Shown here piece after piece: positions 25,768 to 39,505 of a stretch of 64,000 nucleotides of DNA. Within the stretch, counting starts at the first letter, position 1; each line of letters begins with the position of its first letter. Source of the stretch: Octopus vulgaris (Eukaryota); assembly GCA_951406725.2 (NCBI GenBank), contig OX597824.1, forward strand, positions 17,980,001 to 18,044,000, read 5' to 3'. The position numbers were made by a program, and so were the translations under genes. Below the pieces are notes generated by a model. It had not been told where the DNA came from. It was given only the letters and a program-made list of their open reading frames with translations, and made no database searches.

Positions 25768-26060
25768 GCATATATGCACCCATACGTCCACGCATAGTTA
25801 TGCTCACACGCACATATATATTCACGTTTTGTATATATATTTATAAGTGTGCATGCATTTATACATTGCCTAAATGTATATAAGCATTCCTTAAATATGT
25901 AGTTTTACATGTACGTATGTACTCTCCCTCACACACACACGCACCCACACACACACACATACACACACACAAACGCTTAAATATTTGTAATCAGAATATG
26001 AGCTTGCAGACATTAATATATTGCATAGAGACATGAATATATATGCATTACATATACGTC

Positions 26061-26111
<51 letters not shown>

Positions 26112-26185
26112 GCATATATATATAGATATATATATGTATATATATATATATAGATATATAGATATATAGATATATATATATATGG

Positions 26186-26216
<31 letters not shown>

Positions 26217-27072
26217 TATATACATATATACATATATACATATATATACATATATATATATACATATATATACACATATATATACTTATATATATGTATT
26301 TATATACATACGCATGCATGTATTATATATACACATACCCTCACACATTTAGGCGTCTGTGTGTGTATGTGTGTGCATGTGTATGTGTGTTAGCGTCTGC
26401 GTTTGTGTATTCATTCGACGTCCCCCTCCTCCCCCCGCCTCCAACCGCCTGCACCAAGGTCCACTGGTTTCATCCTGTTCATACAACATATCGTTTGACC
26501 TGCGTAACACTGTGAAGAACATAACGACTTACACATCTCTTCGTATAAAAAGACGGACGAACGAAGGCCTCGAATTACTTCACCCAATGTTTCCCACGGG
26601 AAAGAAAAAGAAGAGAGAAAGGGAACGGTTAATATAAGGGGGTATACCTCAGATTGTAGCCTATTCTATGTGCATTGTCATCAAAGTAAAGCGGGTAGAT
26701 TTGCTAACATGTTAAGTATATGTTTCGGGTGGTGCTCTTAGTAACATGGCTGTAAAGCTCAGCATTGTGGTAGGTTTTTTCTTGTCTGTAAAGTATATAT
26801 GTATATACATATATATATGTATATATGTATGTTTCTGATATCCTGATGTGTGTGTTTGTGAGAGTGTGTGTCCATTTCTTTGTATGTATGCGTTCACATA
26901 TGTTTCTGCATATGTCTGCATATGGATATGTGTATATATGGATGTGTGTATGTATGTGCAATAGTATGTATATGCATAAAGCTGTATATGTGTCTGTCGG
27001 TTTAACCATCTATTAATCGTTATCCTCACACTTCTCTCCCCATACACGCACACACACACACATATATATATG

Positions 27073-27122
<50 letters not shown>

Positions 27123-27189
27123 TATAGATATACGTATTCATACGTATGCATGTATATCTATACATACATACATATATATGTGTGTGTGT

Positions 27190-27346
27190 TCATGTGGCTG
27201 TGTGGTAAGTAGCTTGCTTCCCAACTATATGATTCCAGGTTCAGTCCCACTGCGTGACACCTTGGGCAAGTGTCTCCTTCTTTAGCCGCGGGCCGACCAA
27301 AACCTTGTGAGAACATTTGGTAGGCAAAAACTAAAAGAATCCCCAC

Positions 27347-27410
<64 letters not shown>

Positions 27411-27602
27411 GTGTGTGTGTGTGTTTGTCCACCCCACTATCGCTTGACTATCGATGCTGGTGTGTTTACCTCCCCGTAACGTAGCGGTTCGGCAAAACAG
27501 ACCGATAGGCTAAATGCTGGGCTTGCAAAGAATAAATCCCAACTAAAGGCGTTGTACCGTCATGGCCGCAGTCAAATGACTGGAACAGATAAAAGAGTAA
27601 AA
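27190..27602 (+). mobile_element. SINE S1, near full-length copy
   Basis: Collinear with 16401-16853. Confidence 0.88.
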
Positions 27603-27614
27603 GACTAAATTCAA

Positions 27615-27654
<40 letters not shown>

Positions 27655-27656
27655 TT

Positions 27657-27864
27657 CAAAATGTGACCTCGTGTGTACTGTTGGCGATTTTTTTTCCTCT
27701 GTCTTCCCTTCTCTGGATCTTTCCTTCTATGTTTCCAACGAAGAGCTCCGCTTGAAACGTTAAAACCTCCTTCTTTCCTTCTTTCCTGAGCGTCCAATAA
27801 TACTATATTTGTTCCACGTCCTCGCGTTGTTGTGTTTTTTTGTGCTTTCTGGTTTGGATTAACT
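27657..27864 (+). mobile_element. Hammerhead-motif repeat family H1, copy 5 (core mutated)
   Basis: Collinear with 18708-18927; core ccaacgaagagctccgcttgaaacgttaaaac. Confidence 0.78.
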
Positions 27865-27887
27865 ATGTATATATATATATATATATA

Positions 27888-27929
<42 letters not shown>

Positions 27930-28269
27930 CCTATATATATGCGTGTATGCGTGTGTATGTATGTATTTATTTGTATATATGTATATGTATATATCTATAT
28001 ATATATATTGATATATATATGTGTGTGTGTAGGTATGTACTTGTATATATGTATGTATATCTATATATGTATATATATATTAATACGTGTGTGTGTGTGT
28101 GTGCTTTTGTGTGTACGTATGTATACACATATAGGAACCATTACCCTAGAAATGTAGAAATATTCAATTTTGCTTGTTTGTTGATATTTATATGCAGTTT
28201 CCGAATGTGTTTGTACATGTATTTGTATTTGTTCTTCTTCTTTTGTTGCTGTCGATATTAGCGGCACTA

Positions 28270-28465
28270 AAGCGGCGAAATGGCAGAGCACGCTGGGGAA
28301 AATGCTTAGCGGCACTTTGTACGTCTTTACGCTCTGAGTTCAAATTTCGCCGAGATCGACTTTGCCTTTCATACATTTGGGGTCGATAAATTAAGTACCA
28401 GTCAGACACTGGTGTCATCGACGTAACTGACCAGTCCCCACGCTCCCACAAAATTCCAGGTTTTA
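28270..28465 (+). mobile_element. SINE S2 monomer, diverged
   Basis: ctgagttcaaatttcgccgagatcgactttgcctttcat...ggtcgataaattaagtaccag. Confidence 0.8.
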
Positions 28466-28689
28466 GACGAGACCCGATCGAGAAGATATCAACACCGTCC
28501 TTACAATGGTTTCCAGAAAACCGTTTCATATCTCATTTCTCCGTACTACGCTCTGCTTTGCACAAATACGGCTGGTTTCGCTATGAAAGTGTTTATTGCA
28601 ACTATTTCCAGCACGTAGGATTACCACATACAGATTTCTTCAATGCCTTTTATATATCTATTGTGTTTGTAGCCATTTTACCATCGTTC

Positions 28690-30780
28690 TCATCGTGGCA
28701 GTCATTCCCGTCGTCATCGTAGTTATTCCCGTCGTCGTCGTAGTCATTCCCGTCGTCGTCGTAGTTATTCCCGTCGTCGTAGTCATTCCATCGTCATCGT
28801 AGTCATTCCCGTCGTCGTCGTAGTCATTCCCGTCGTCGTCGTAGTTATTCCCGTCGTCGTAGTCATTCCATCGTCATCGTAGTCATTCCCGTCGTCATCG
28901 TAGTCATTCCCGTCGTCGTCGTAGTCATTCCCGTCGTCGTCGTAGTCATTCCCGTCGTCGTCGTAGTCATTCCCGTCGTCATCGTAGTCATTCCCGTCGT
29001 CATCGTAGTCATTCCCGTCGTCGTCGTAGTCATTCCCGTCGTCATCGTAGTCATTCCATCGTCATCGTAGTCATTCCCGTCGTCGCCGGAGTCATTCCAT
29101 CGTCATCGTAGTCATTCCCATCGTCGCCGGAGTCATTCCATCGTCATCGAAGTCATTCCCGTCGTCATCGTAGTCATTCCCGTCGTCATCGTAGTCATTC
29201 CCGTCGTCGTTATAGTCATACCCGTCGTCATCGTAGTCATTCCATCGTCATCGTAGTCATTCCCGTCGTCATCGTAGTCATTCCATCGTCATCGTAGTCA
29301 TTCCCGTCGTCGTCGTAGTCATTCCCGTAGTTATCGCAGTCATTCCCGTCTTCGTCATAGTCATTCCCGTCGTTGTCGTAGTCATTCCCGTCGTTATCGC
29401 AGTCATTCCCGTCTTCGTCATACTCATTCCCGTCGTTGTCGTAGTCATTCCCGTCGCTATCGTAGTCATTCCCGTCGTCGTCATAGTCATTCCTGTCGTT
29501 TTCGTAGTCATTCCCGTCGCCGTCATAGTCATTCCCGGCGTCGTGGTAGTCATTCCCGTCGTCGTAGTAGTAATTCCCGTCGTCGTCGTAGTCATTCCCG
29601 TCGTCGTGGTAGTCACTCCATTGTCATCGTGGTCATTACCGTCGTCGTAGTTATTCCCGTCGTCATCACTGTCATTCCATTGTCGTCGTAGTCATTCCAT
29701 CGTCATCGTAGTCGTTCTCGTCATCGTCGTAGTCATTCCCGTCATCGTCGTAGTCATTCCCGTCGTCGCTGTAGTCATTCCATCGTCATCGTAGTCATTC
29801 TCGTCGTCATCGGAGTCATTCCATCGTCGTCGTAGTCATTCCCGTCGTCGTCGTAGTCATTCCCGTCGTCGTCGTAGTCATTCCCGTCGTCATCGTAGTC
29901 ATTCCCGTCGTCGTCGTAGTCATTCCCGTCGTCATCGTAGTCATTACCGTCGCCATCGTAGTCATTCCCGTCGTCGTCGTAGTCATTCCCGTCGTCATCG
30001 TAGTCATTCCCGTCGTCGTCGTAGTCATTCCCGTCGTCGTCGTAGTCATTCCATCGTCATCGTAGTCATTCCCGTCGTCGTCGTAGTTATTCCCATTGTC
30101 GTCGTAGTCATTCCTGTCGTCATCGTAGTCATTCCCGTCGTCATCGTAGTCATTCCCGTCGTCGTCGTAGTCATTCCATCGTCATCGTAGTCATTCCCGT
30201 CGTCGTCGTAGTTATTCCCATTGTCGTCGTAGTCATTCCTGTCGTCATCGTAGTCATTCCCGTCGTCATCGTAGTCATTCCCGTCGTCGTCGTATTCATT
30301 CCCGTCGTCGTCGTAGTCATTCCATCGTCATCGTAGTCATTCCTGTCGTCGTCGTAGTCATTCCCGTCGTCGTAGTCATTCCATCGTCATCGTAGTTATT
30401 CCCGTCGTCATCGTAGTCATTCCATCGTCATCGTAGTCATTCCATTGTCGTCGTAGGCATTCCCGTCGTCGTCGTAGTCATTCCATTGTCATCGTAGTCA
30501 TTCCCGTCGTCGTCGTAGTCATTCTATTGTCGTCGTAGTCATTCCCGTCGTCGTAGTAGTCATTCCATCGTCATCGTAGTCATTCCATCGTCATCGTAGT
30601 TATTCCCGTCGTCATCGTAGTCATTCCATCGTCATCGTAGTCATTCCCGTCGTCGTCGTAGTCATTCCCATCGTCGTCGTCGTAGTCATTCCCGTCGTCG
30701 TCGTAGTCATTCCCGTCATCGTCGCCGTCATTCCCGTCGTCGTCGTAATCATACCCAGTGTCGTCGTCGTCGTCGTCGTT
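28690..30780. repeat. Minisatellite of about 100 units, 21-bp gtagtcattcccgtcgtcgtc mixed with a 20-bp variant gtagtcattccatcgtcatc
   Basis: Directly visible; higher-order duplications of 63 bp (29330/29393) and 125 bp (30086/30211). Confidence 0.95.
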
Positions 30781-31418
30781 GTAGTTATATGGTTGTTGAG
30801 AATTCCAGCGTAAGGCATCGCTATTGTTGATTTTATTATTATCGAGCACCAATATCGATTATTGCCACGGCAGCTGTAATGACTTTGAAGATTTCTCCAG
30901 GAATTAAGAATAGTATTTTCACTTTCTTTTTTCTTTTAACTTCGTGTTTTCTGTACATATATTTATATCTACATGAGGTTTCGATCATTTCGATTTCCGA
31001 TACTCATTAATTTTCTCATTCTTGGTGATGTACATATGCAGAGGGGCAGAAGGTTTAGGAGTTTAACTTCGTTACCCCAAGGGTCTGTGTTCAAATTTGC
31101 TACGTGTCATTTTGGTCATATGTTATTTTCCCGACTAGATCAGCTTCTATTAATTAAATTAAGTGTAACTGGTTTCTCGGAAATTGTTAAGAAATCCATT
31201 GGTTGAAATTGTACTTTGTAATTCGAGCCGCACAGCCTTGTCATACGCAGTGTCACGGTGATTCTTCAAGTGGACTAGGATAATTCAACACGTGAATAGT
31301 GGAATGCACATCTACTTAAACATTGATTCAGAAACAGGTAACTGACTTGGTCGAAAAGCTGAATCTTCATACACATACACACATATGCACACACAAACAC
31401 TCACGTATATTTATATAT

Positions 31419-31478
<60 letters not shown>

Positions 31479-31517
31479 ATATATATACATACATATATTT
31501 GCATATGTATATACATA

Positions 31518-32045
<528 letters not shown>

Positions 32046-32618
32046 GTGTTATGTTTGTGTGTATATATATGTATGTATACACATACACACACACACATAT
32101 ATATATATATATGTGTATGTATATATATATTTATATATATATAAGTGTGTGTGTGTGTGTGTGTATGTGTGTGTGTCATCGTCATTAACTGGATAGATCA
32201 TATGGGGACCATATTTCAAGTATAATGCAATCTAGATTTTTCTTTTTGATAGGCCTTCATTTTATTGGACACAGATGGACCCTGGCAAAAGCAAAGATCC
32301 TTCAGAAAAAATTAAAATGCTAGAACAAAAACAAAAACAGAAAAAACAAACGAGCAAAGAAATAACAAAGAAGCTCTCAAAGTGTAATCCACCAAGAAAC
32401 ACGCACAGACGAAATGTACGCGCACATGTGCTCTCACACGCACATATATACGCTCGCACGCATACATTCAAAAGCTCTTCCCCACTCTCTCTCTTTGTTT
32501 CTTTCTCTCTTTCTCTTCACATATATACCTTGTGTGCTCTTATATATATATAAATATACATTTATATGTACGATGTCTTTCTATATGTGTCTGTTTGTGT
32601 GTGTGTTTATATATATAA

Positions 32619-32700
<82 letters not shown>

Positions 32701-32703
<3 letters not shown>

Positions 32704-32880
32704 GGCCATTCACCCACTAGAAATAACAGCCAAAAGCTTTAACCGCAAAATAACGTCAATTCCGTAAACCAGGAGAAAATCAAAAAACATTTACCCTGTG
32801 ATTTTCTCCTGGTTTACGGAATTGACGTTATTTTGCAGTTAAAGCTTTTGGCTGTTATTTCTAGTGGGTGAATGGCCTAT
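32701..32880. repeat. 82-bp inverted repeat with one mismatch and 16-nt loop
   Basis: Arms 32701-32782 and 32799-32880. Confidence 0.95.
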
Positions 32881-33329
32881 TATGGCCGTTCCTTGATTGT
32901 GATGTTGAACTTAAAAATGGTTTATGACTATTTAATTTTTTCCCACTAGGCCGCTGGTGGCAAAAGAATTCTACAAATTTTTTTTTTTTTTTGCCACCCT
33001 ATATTGATTATATATATACATATATACCTATATATATATACACATATATATACATATATACACACACACATATATATATATATAGATATACAGACAAATG
33101 AATATGTGTAGTTGATATATAAATTTACAAATATATATATGTATATATATACATATATATATATATACATATATATATATTTACTATATTTATACAAATA
33201 TTTTCTATGTGTATATATATATATATATATATAAGCATGTATAATATAATATGCATATATTTGTGTGTGTGTGTGTAGAAGGTTGAAAAGGAACACACAA
33301 GTTGATAAGTATAAGGAAAATAAGACATG

Positions 33330-33565
33330 GTGGAGACTGCTAAAACAATTTTATCATGAAGGACATTTTTGTACCGGTTTCAGCCTTTGCAACTTTTTCA
33401 GCTTAGAGTAAAGTATGAAAAACAAATCAAATTGTGGAAAAATTAAATGAAATGTTTCCACAACTTAATTGTCTTTCATGCTGCACTCTAAGTTGAAAAA
33501 GTCGCAAAGACTGAAACCGGTGCTAAAATTTTCTTCATGATAAAAGTATTTTAGCATTTTCTACC
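33330..33565. mobile_element. Imperfect inverted pair (about 110-bp arms) of hammerhead-like repeat H4
   Basis: Arms about 33330-33440 and 33453-33565; each reads outward (c/t)tgaaaa-agt(c/t)-gcaaa-g(a/g)ct-gaaa-ccgg-t(a/g). Confidence 0.6.
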
Positions 33566-33587
33566 TTTGAAAAATATATATTTTCCT

Positions 33588-33629
<42 letters not shown>

Positions 33630-33631
<2 letters not shown>

Positions 33632-34130
33632 GGTATGTAGAAAAATACAACATGGACAAGAACGTATAACTCTTAGAAGACGACACAATAAACACGGACA
33701 GGACATTCGAAACCCTCAGTCTTCAGTCAAGAACCGGATCATCGTAGTAATTTCGGCTGATTAATCTTGAGATTACTAGATCACGGCCAGCCCTCCAAGA
33801 AAAACCAAGCAACGAGCATTAGAAAAACTAAGCTGGAAGCGTAGATTTCCTGGAAGAAGGATCGAATGCATACGAACACCAGGACAGCAAAAGGGACAGA
33901 TATAAAAAAACAAAAAACAATAATGGAATACAGAAACATGAAATACAGAAGCATTAACGGTGAAAACAACAGTGTCTTACGACTGATAACAAGCAAACAA
34001 ATTTTTTCTCTCTGGCGCAATGGAAAAAGCCTTTATAGTGGCGGACGAAAACAGCGATGTTAACACGACGAGGGTCAGAAGCTGAAAGGCAGATTTCGGC
34101 CAACAGTCACGTGACAGAGAAGAGGGAAAA
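33630..34130 (-). mobile_element. Dispersed repeat H3 (probable Penelope-like terminal repeat); second copy at 45045-45205 (+)
   Basis: Shared gccgaaatt...gatgatccgg.tcttgactgaaga and ttcttgtcc motifs; both copies end at (TA)n. Confidence 0.5.
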
Positions 34131-34252
34131 GAAAAGAAAGAGAAGCAAAGGAAGAGAGAGAGAGAGAGAGAGAGAGAGGAGGGACAAACGCAACAAAAGA
34201 GAGAGAAGAGAGAGAAAGAAGGAATCAGAGAGGATATATATATATGTATATA

Positions 34253-34299
<47 letters not shown>

Positions 34300-34361
34300 G
34301 GGCGGTGCCCCAGCATGGCCTCAGCCGGATGGCTGAAACAAGTAAAAGAGTAATAAAAGAG

Positions 34362-34394
<33 letters not shown>

Positions 34395-34465
34395 GCTCAC
34401 ATTCATATATACATGTCTAGTCACACATACCAACACACATGCACACACGGGTATATGTATATATT

Positions 34466-34506
<41 letters not shown>

Positions 34507-34844
34507 GTATGTGTGCATGTATGTATATATGCAGTGTCAATCGTATACACACGTCTATAAAGACATACATGCTTTCAAACATACATTCACACTCCTACAC
34601 TCGCAGAAATATCCCAAACGAACAGTGGAGTCAACTACTTAAAATATGATAAAAATATGATATTTATCAAGTCAATCATGGCGTATCCTATTTACGTTAA
34701 AAAATAAAGACAAAAAATTGCGAGCAGTACAGTCCACTGCTTGTTCTATATCTTCCCGTTCTGCTAGGATTTCCTTTCACGCATCAAACTTCTATTAGGC
34801 AGGAAAGTCACCCTCATCATTCTAGTCGTTGTTGCTGATAGTAA

Positions 34845-35335
34845 TCATGGTGGTGGTGGTGCTGCTGGTGGTGGTAATGGTGGTTCGATGTTGGTTCGTG
34901 GTGGTAGTGGAGGTGGTTCGGTGTTTGTAGTGGTGGCTCGTTGTTGTTGGTGGTGGTTATGTGGTGCTGGTGGTTTGTTGGTGGTGTTGGTGGTTCAGTG
35001 GTGGTGGTTCGTTGGTGGTGGTGGTGGTGGTGGTGCTGGTGGTTCGTTGGTAGAGGTGGTGGTTCAGTGGTGGTGGTGTTTCGTTGGTGGTGGTGGTGGT
35101 GGTTCGTTGGTGGAGGTGGTGGTGTTTCAGTGGTGGTGGTTCGGTAGAGGTGGTGGTGGTGTTTCGTGGTGGTCGTGGTGGTGGTGGTTCGGTGGTAGAG
35201 ATGCTGGTTCGGTGGTGGTGGTGGTTGTGGTTCGTTGGTGGTGGTGATGGTGGTCCGTTGGTGGTGGTGGTGATGGTGTTTCTTTGGTTGTGGTTGTTCG
35301 GTGGTAGTGGTGGTACTCTTCGTGGTGTTGTTAAA
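34845..35335. repeat. (GGT)n-based degenerate minisatellite with ggttcgttgg / ggttcagtgg spacers
   Basis: Directly visible. Confidence 0.9.
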
Positions 35336-35379
35336 GTGGAGATCAATGGTGATGATGGCGATTGTACTTCTATTGCGAG

Positions 35380-35585
35380 ATGGCAGAATCGTTAGCACAA
35401 CGGGCGTAGAGCTTAACGGTATTTTGTCTGTCACTACATTCTTGAGTTCAATTCCGCCGAGCTCGAACTTTGCATTTCATCCTTTCGGGGTCGATAAAGT
35501 AAGTCACATTTGAGTTCTGGGGGTCGATGTAATTGGGTATCAATCTCACCCCAATTTCAAGCCTTGTGCCTAGAGCAGAAAGGAG
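35380..35585 (+). mobile_element. SINE S2 monomer
   Basis: tggcagaatcgttagc...tttcatcctttcggggtcgataaa...gccttgtgcctagagcagaaagg. Confidence 0.82.
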
Positions 35586-36045
35586 TGTACCATTATAATT
35601 AGCGGAATCGTTAAGGGGTCAAATAAACCCAAAATGCTTTCTTCTATTTAGTTGCGATCCATAACAACCCGAGTTCAAATATCGTTGATGCCAAAATTGT
35701 CTTGCATTTTTATATTTTTAGTTTACTAAGTTATAGTATCCGTTTAATTGTCGAGTCGATTTAATCCGCTTTCCGCAAAATTATCCGGCCTTGTACTTGT
35801 GTATGATCCTGTGTTTAATTTAATGCATTGATGAAAATAATCGGGTTATTTGACAAAATCGCCCTGCTTATTTTCTTTTTTTTTTTTTGAGGGGAGGGAC
35901 TCTTTACATTCTGTCTCCATCAAAGTTACCGCTTACGCCATCATGCTTGTTCAAAATAAAATACCAGTTATTTACTAGAGTTGATATAACCGACGGTGTC
36001 CACAAACATTTTTTTAGATTTTCTTCCTGTTTTGGAAAGGATTGT

Positions 36046-36495
36046 CCATCTTCATCATCATCACCACCACCACCACCACCACCACCACCACCACCTTAAT
36101 CATCACTATCATCATTATCATCATCATCACCACCACCACCTTCATCATCATCATCACAATCATCATCATCATCATCACCATCATCATCACCATCATCATC
36201 ATCATCATCATCACCACCACCACCTTCATCATCATCATCACCATCATCAACACCATCATAATCATCATCATCATCATCATCATCCTCACCACCACCACCA
36301 CCACCACCTTCATCATCATCATCATCATCTCCCCTACCGTTCTCATCGTTCACGGCTTCATCACCATGATCATAATAATCGTCGACGCCGTCGTCCCTTG
36401 TCGTCATCGTCGCCGATATCGTCATCATCGTCGTCATCATCATCATCATCATCATCCTCATCACCACCACCACCTCCACCACCATCATCATCACC

Positions 36496-36529
<34 letters not shown>

Positions 36530-36549
36530 TCATCACCACCACCACCACC

Positions 36550-36583
<34 letters not shown>

Positions 36584-36626
36584 TCATCACCACCACCACC
36601 ACCATCATCATCATCACCACCACACC

Positions 36627-36657
<31 letters not shown>

Positions 36658-36689
36658 CCATCACCACCACCACCACCACCACCACCACC

Positions 36690-36722
<33 letters not shown>
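36046..36722. repeat. (CAT)n/(CAC)n compound trinucleotide array
   Basis: Directly visible; source of the poly-His/Ile/Thr ORFs. Confidence 0.93.
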
Positions 36723-37837
36723 TTTGTTGTTGTGCGAGTCGACTTCGTTGTTCGTCTCCTTTTACTCTCTGTCGTCACATTGTTGTTAAACGATCGGAAA
36801 TTATCACTCTCCAATTATCTGGCACAGATGGTTGTTTTCGCCGTTTATCTTACTGTTTAAAGGCAAAGTAGAATGAATAAAGAAACACATACACATACTA
36901 TAAACACACACACACACACACACACGCACACACACATACACACACACACTCATAATATTTATAGCAATATATAAGATAGAGGAAGTGTTCCGGCTTGAAA
37001 CCTGACCTTATAGCGTTTTATGTGTAACCACTTCTCCTTTCATTACTCTATTGCCTCTGTATTTCATTCGTTCATAAGTTGTCTGACCCATTCTCCCCTT
37101 TCAGCAACACTATACACAACACCAACACCAACACCATCACCAACGCATCCACTTTAGAACCGTATCATCCACCACCACAGCCACCGCCGCCATCGCCTTT
37201 ATAGTCATTCCCATTCTTCTCTTCGCTTATAACCTCCTCCCACTTACACTCAGTCTCTCATCCGCCATTTCAAAACATCGTCTTTCGCGTTCGCCATTAT
37301 CATTATGTCTGCCACCTCAGTCGCTGTCATCATCGTCGTCGCTAAATCCACAATATATACATCACCTTGATTTTGATTTAGGTACAAAGTCACAGGAGGA
37401 GTTTAGTCGATGACCCCAGTATTTTAATAGGGTTTCATTTTGTTTACTGTGACTTTTATGTTATTAAAACCAGAGAGATGGAAGGTGACGTTGGCGTCGG
37501 TGGGTTTTGAACCCAGAATATAACATATCGGAATGAACAGCGGAAAGCAAATTCTCTGACTTCTAATAATTGTGCCAGCTCACCAATCAATTTTTGAACA
37601 AAGCCAGCAGTTTTCAAGGGAGTATGTTAGACGGGACTAACCAAATGGTACTATATGCTATCGATCCCGGAAAAATGTAGTGTACCTCTTTCAACACCCT
37701 AATCTTCTTTTTCAAGGAAAATTGTTAAAAGTCGATACGGTTCTACCACAGAGCAAAGTTTTAGTCCTCCTACAATTCAGTCACACCTGCCATACCGCAT
37801 GTTTAGCTAGAATCATTAATAAGATTACTGAGTCAAA

Positions 37838-38150
37838 GGTGGTCGATAAATTAAGTACCAGTTACGCACTGGGGTCGATGTAATCGACTTAATCCGTTTG
37901 TCTGTCCTTGTTTGTCATCTCTGTGTTTAGCCCCTTGTGGGTAGTAAAGAAATAGAAATAAGTATTTCGTCTGCCGTTACGTTCTGAGTTCAAATTCCGC
38001 AGGGGTCGACTTTGCCTTTCATCCTCTGGAGGTCGATAAATTAAGTACCAGTTACGCACTGAGGTCGATGCAATCGACCTAATACTTTTGTCTCTCCTTG
38101 TTTGTCCTTTCTATGTTTAGCCCTTTGTATGTAGTAAAAGAAATAAGTAT
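37838..38150 (+). mobile_element. SINE S2, 5'-truncated dimer
   Basis: Two units matching the 184-bp S2 repeat. Confidence 0.87.
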
Positions 38151-39229
38151 GCGTCTTCAGATAACCTCATTGACTCCTTTCAATATTAGACGCCTAAATC
38201 TACATATTTCGCATGTAATTGATTAAGCTTCTAACAAATGACACACGAATAAGAGCTGGCGAGCTTAACTCTTTTGTACCGTATCAAACCTTTTTCAGTC
38301 TTGTGTCCTGCTTCTGGTATTTTACTTACGTACTTTTGTCTAAGAGTTGATGGCTGTTATCAAAAATGGAGTAGAAATATCATATAATTACCTACCATGT
38401 CATTTTTTTCTTAGCGGTTATCTCCCTACTTTAAACTTGACACTTATAACTGAAGAAGGTCAGACAAATATATATATAAATGATACAGTTTTACCAATAT
38501 ACATAAAACGCATTTACACACACATGCTAACACATAAATGTATACGTAGATGTATGTGTGGACACAATGTTTCCATACACTTAAGAGCGTCGCCCTCATG
38601 ATAACTACTCGTATAATTTCATTTGTGATTTTTCCCACGAAAATAACTGTCATTTTTAAGTCTCACATTAGCTGAAGGATATAATATCTTAGCGTATTCT
38701 GTAAACATTTATATTAACAAAAGAAAAGATAATATATATAAGAACAGATTCTTGAGATAATATATGATCAACACAATACAGAACCTCAGACAAGTGTCAT
38801 TCCTAAAATAATTATAAAGACGAAAGAACTGGCAACCACCACAACGACGACTACGACGGCGAAGGCCATGGTGATGATGACCAGCTGTGATTTAGAAAAT
38901 CATCAAAAGCCTCTCAGCCGGGTCAGTTCCTGTTGTTTTTATGCATAACAGGGTCTACAGTAAGCATTGCGTATTTTTCATGTACAAGATTATAATATGC
39001 GTTTTGTAGAAGTCCGACAGGTACCATGCAAGTTGCTGGTTTTTCACTCCACAGATACTGAATAATGTCAAAGGCAGAATCCTCCGCTTAAGAACCGTTA
39101 GAGTTTGGTAGCAGTTTTGTGGCGAAAGAGTTGATTTAAAGTCAAAACACAAAAGAACAAAACAGACACCGCAAGACAATGTTTGACAGCCGAGGGGGTA
39201 GAAAAAGATACTTCTTTGACTGAATAATT

Positions 39230-39505
39230 TTTATTTCTTTCCTACCCACAAGGGGCTAAACACAGAGGGAAGAAACAAGGACAGACAAAGGGATTAAGTC
39301 GATTGCATCGACCCCAGCGCGTAACTGGTACTTAATTTATCGACACCGAAAGGACGAAAGGCAAAGTCGACCTCGGCGGAATTTGAACTCAGAACGTAAC
39401 GGCAGATGAAATACCTATTTGTTTACTACCAACCAGGGGCTAAACACAGAGGGGACAAACAAGGACAGATGAACGGATTATGTCGATTACATCGACCCCA
39501 GTGCG
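39230..39505 (-). mobile_element. SINE S2, 5'-truncated dimer
   Basis: Reverse complement of S2 units. Confidence 0.87.

Noticed and set aside
28690-30780. CRISPR array or mucin/acidic repeat gene
   Set aside because: No unique spacers and no cas genes; the 20-bp units break every reading frame.
35996-36871. Poly-His/Pro/Ser 291-aa ORF
   Set aside because: (CAT/CAC)n array open in several frames on both strands; no evidence of coding function.
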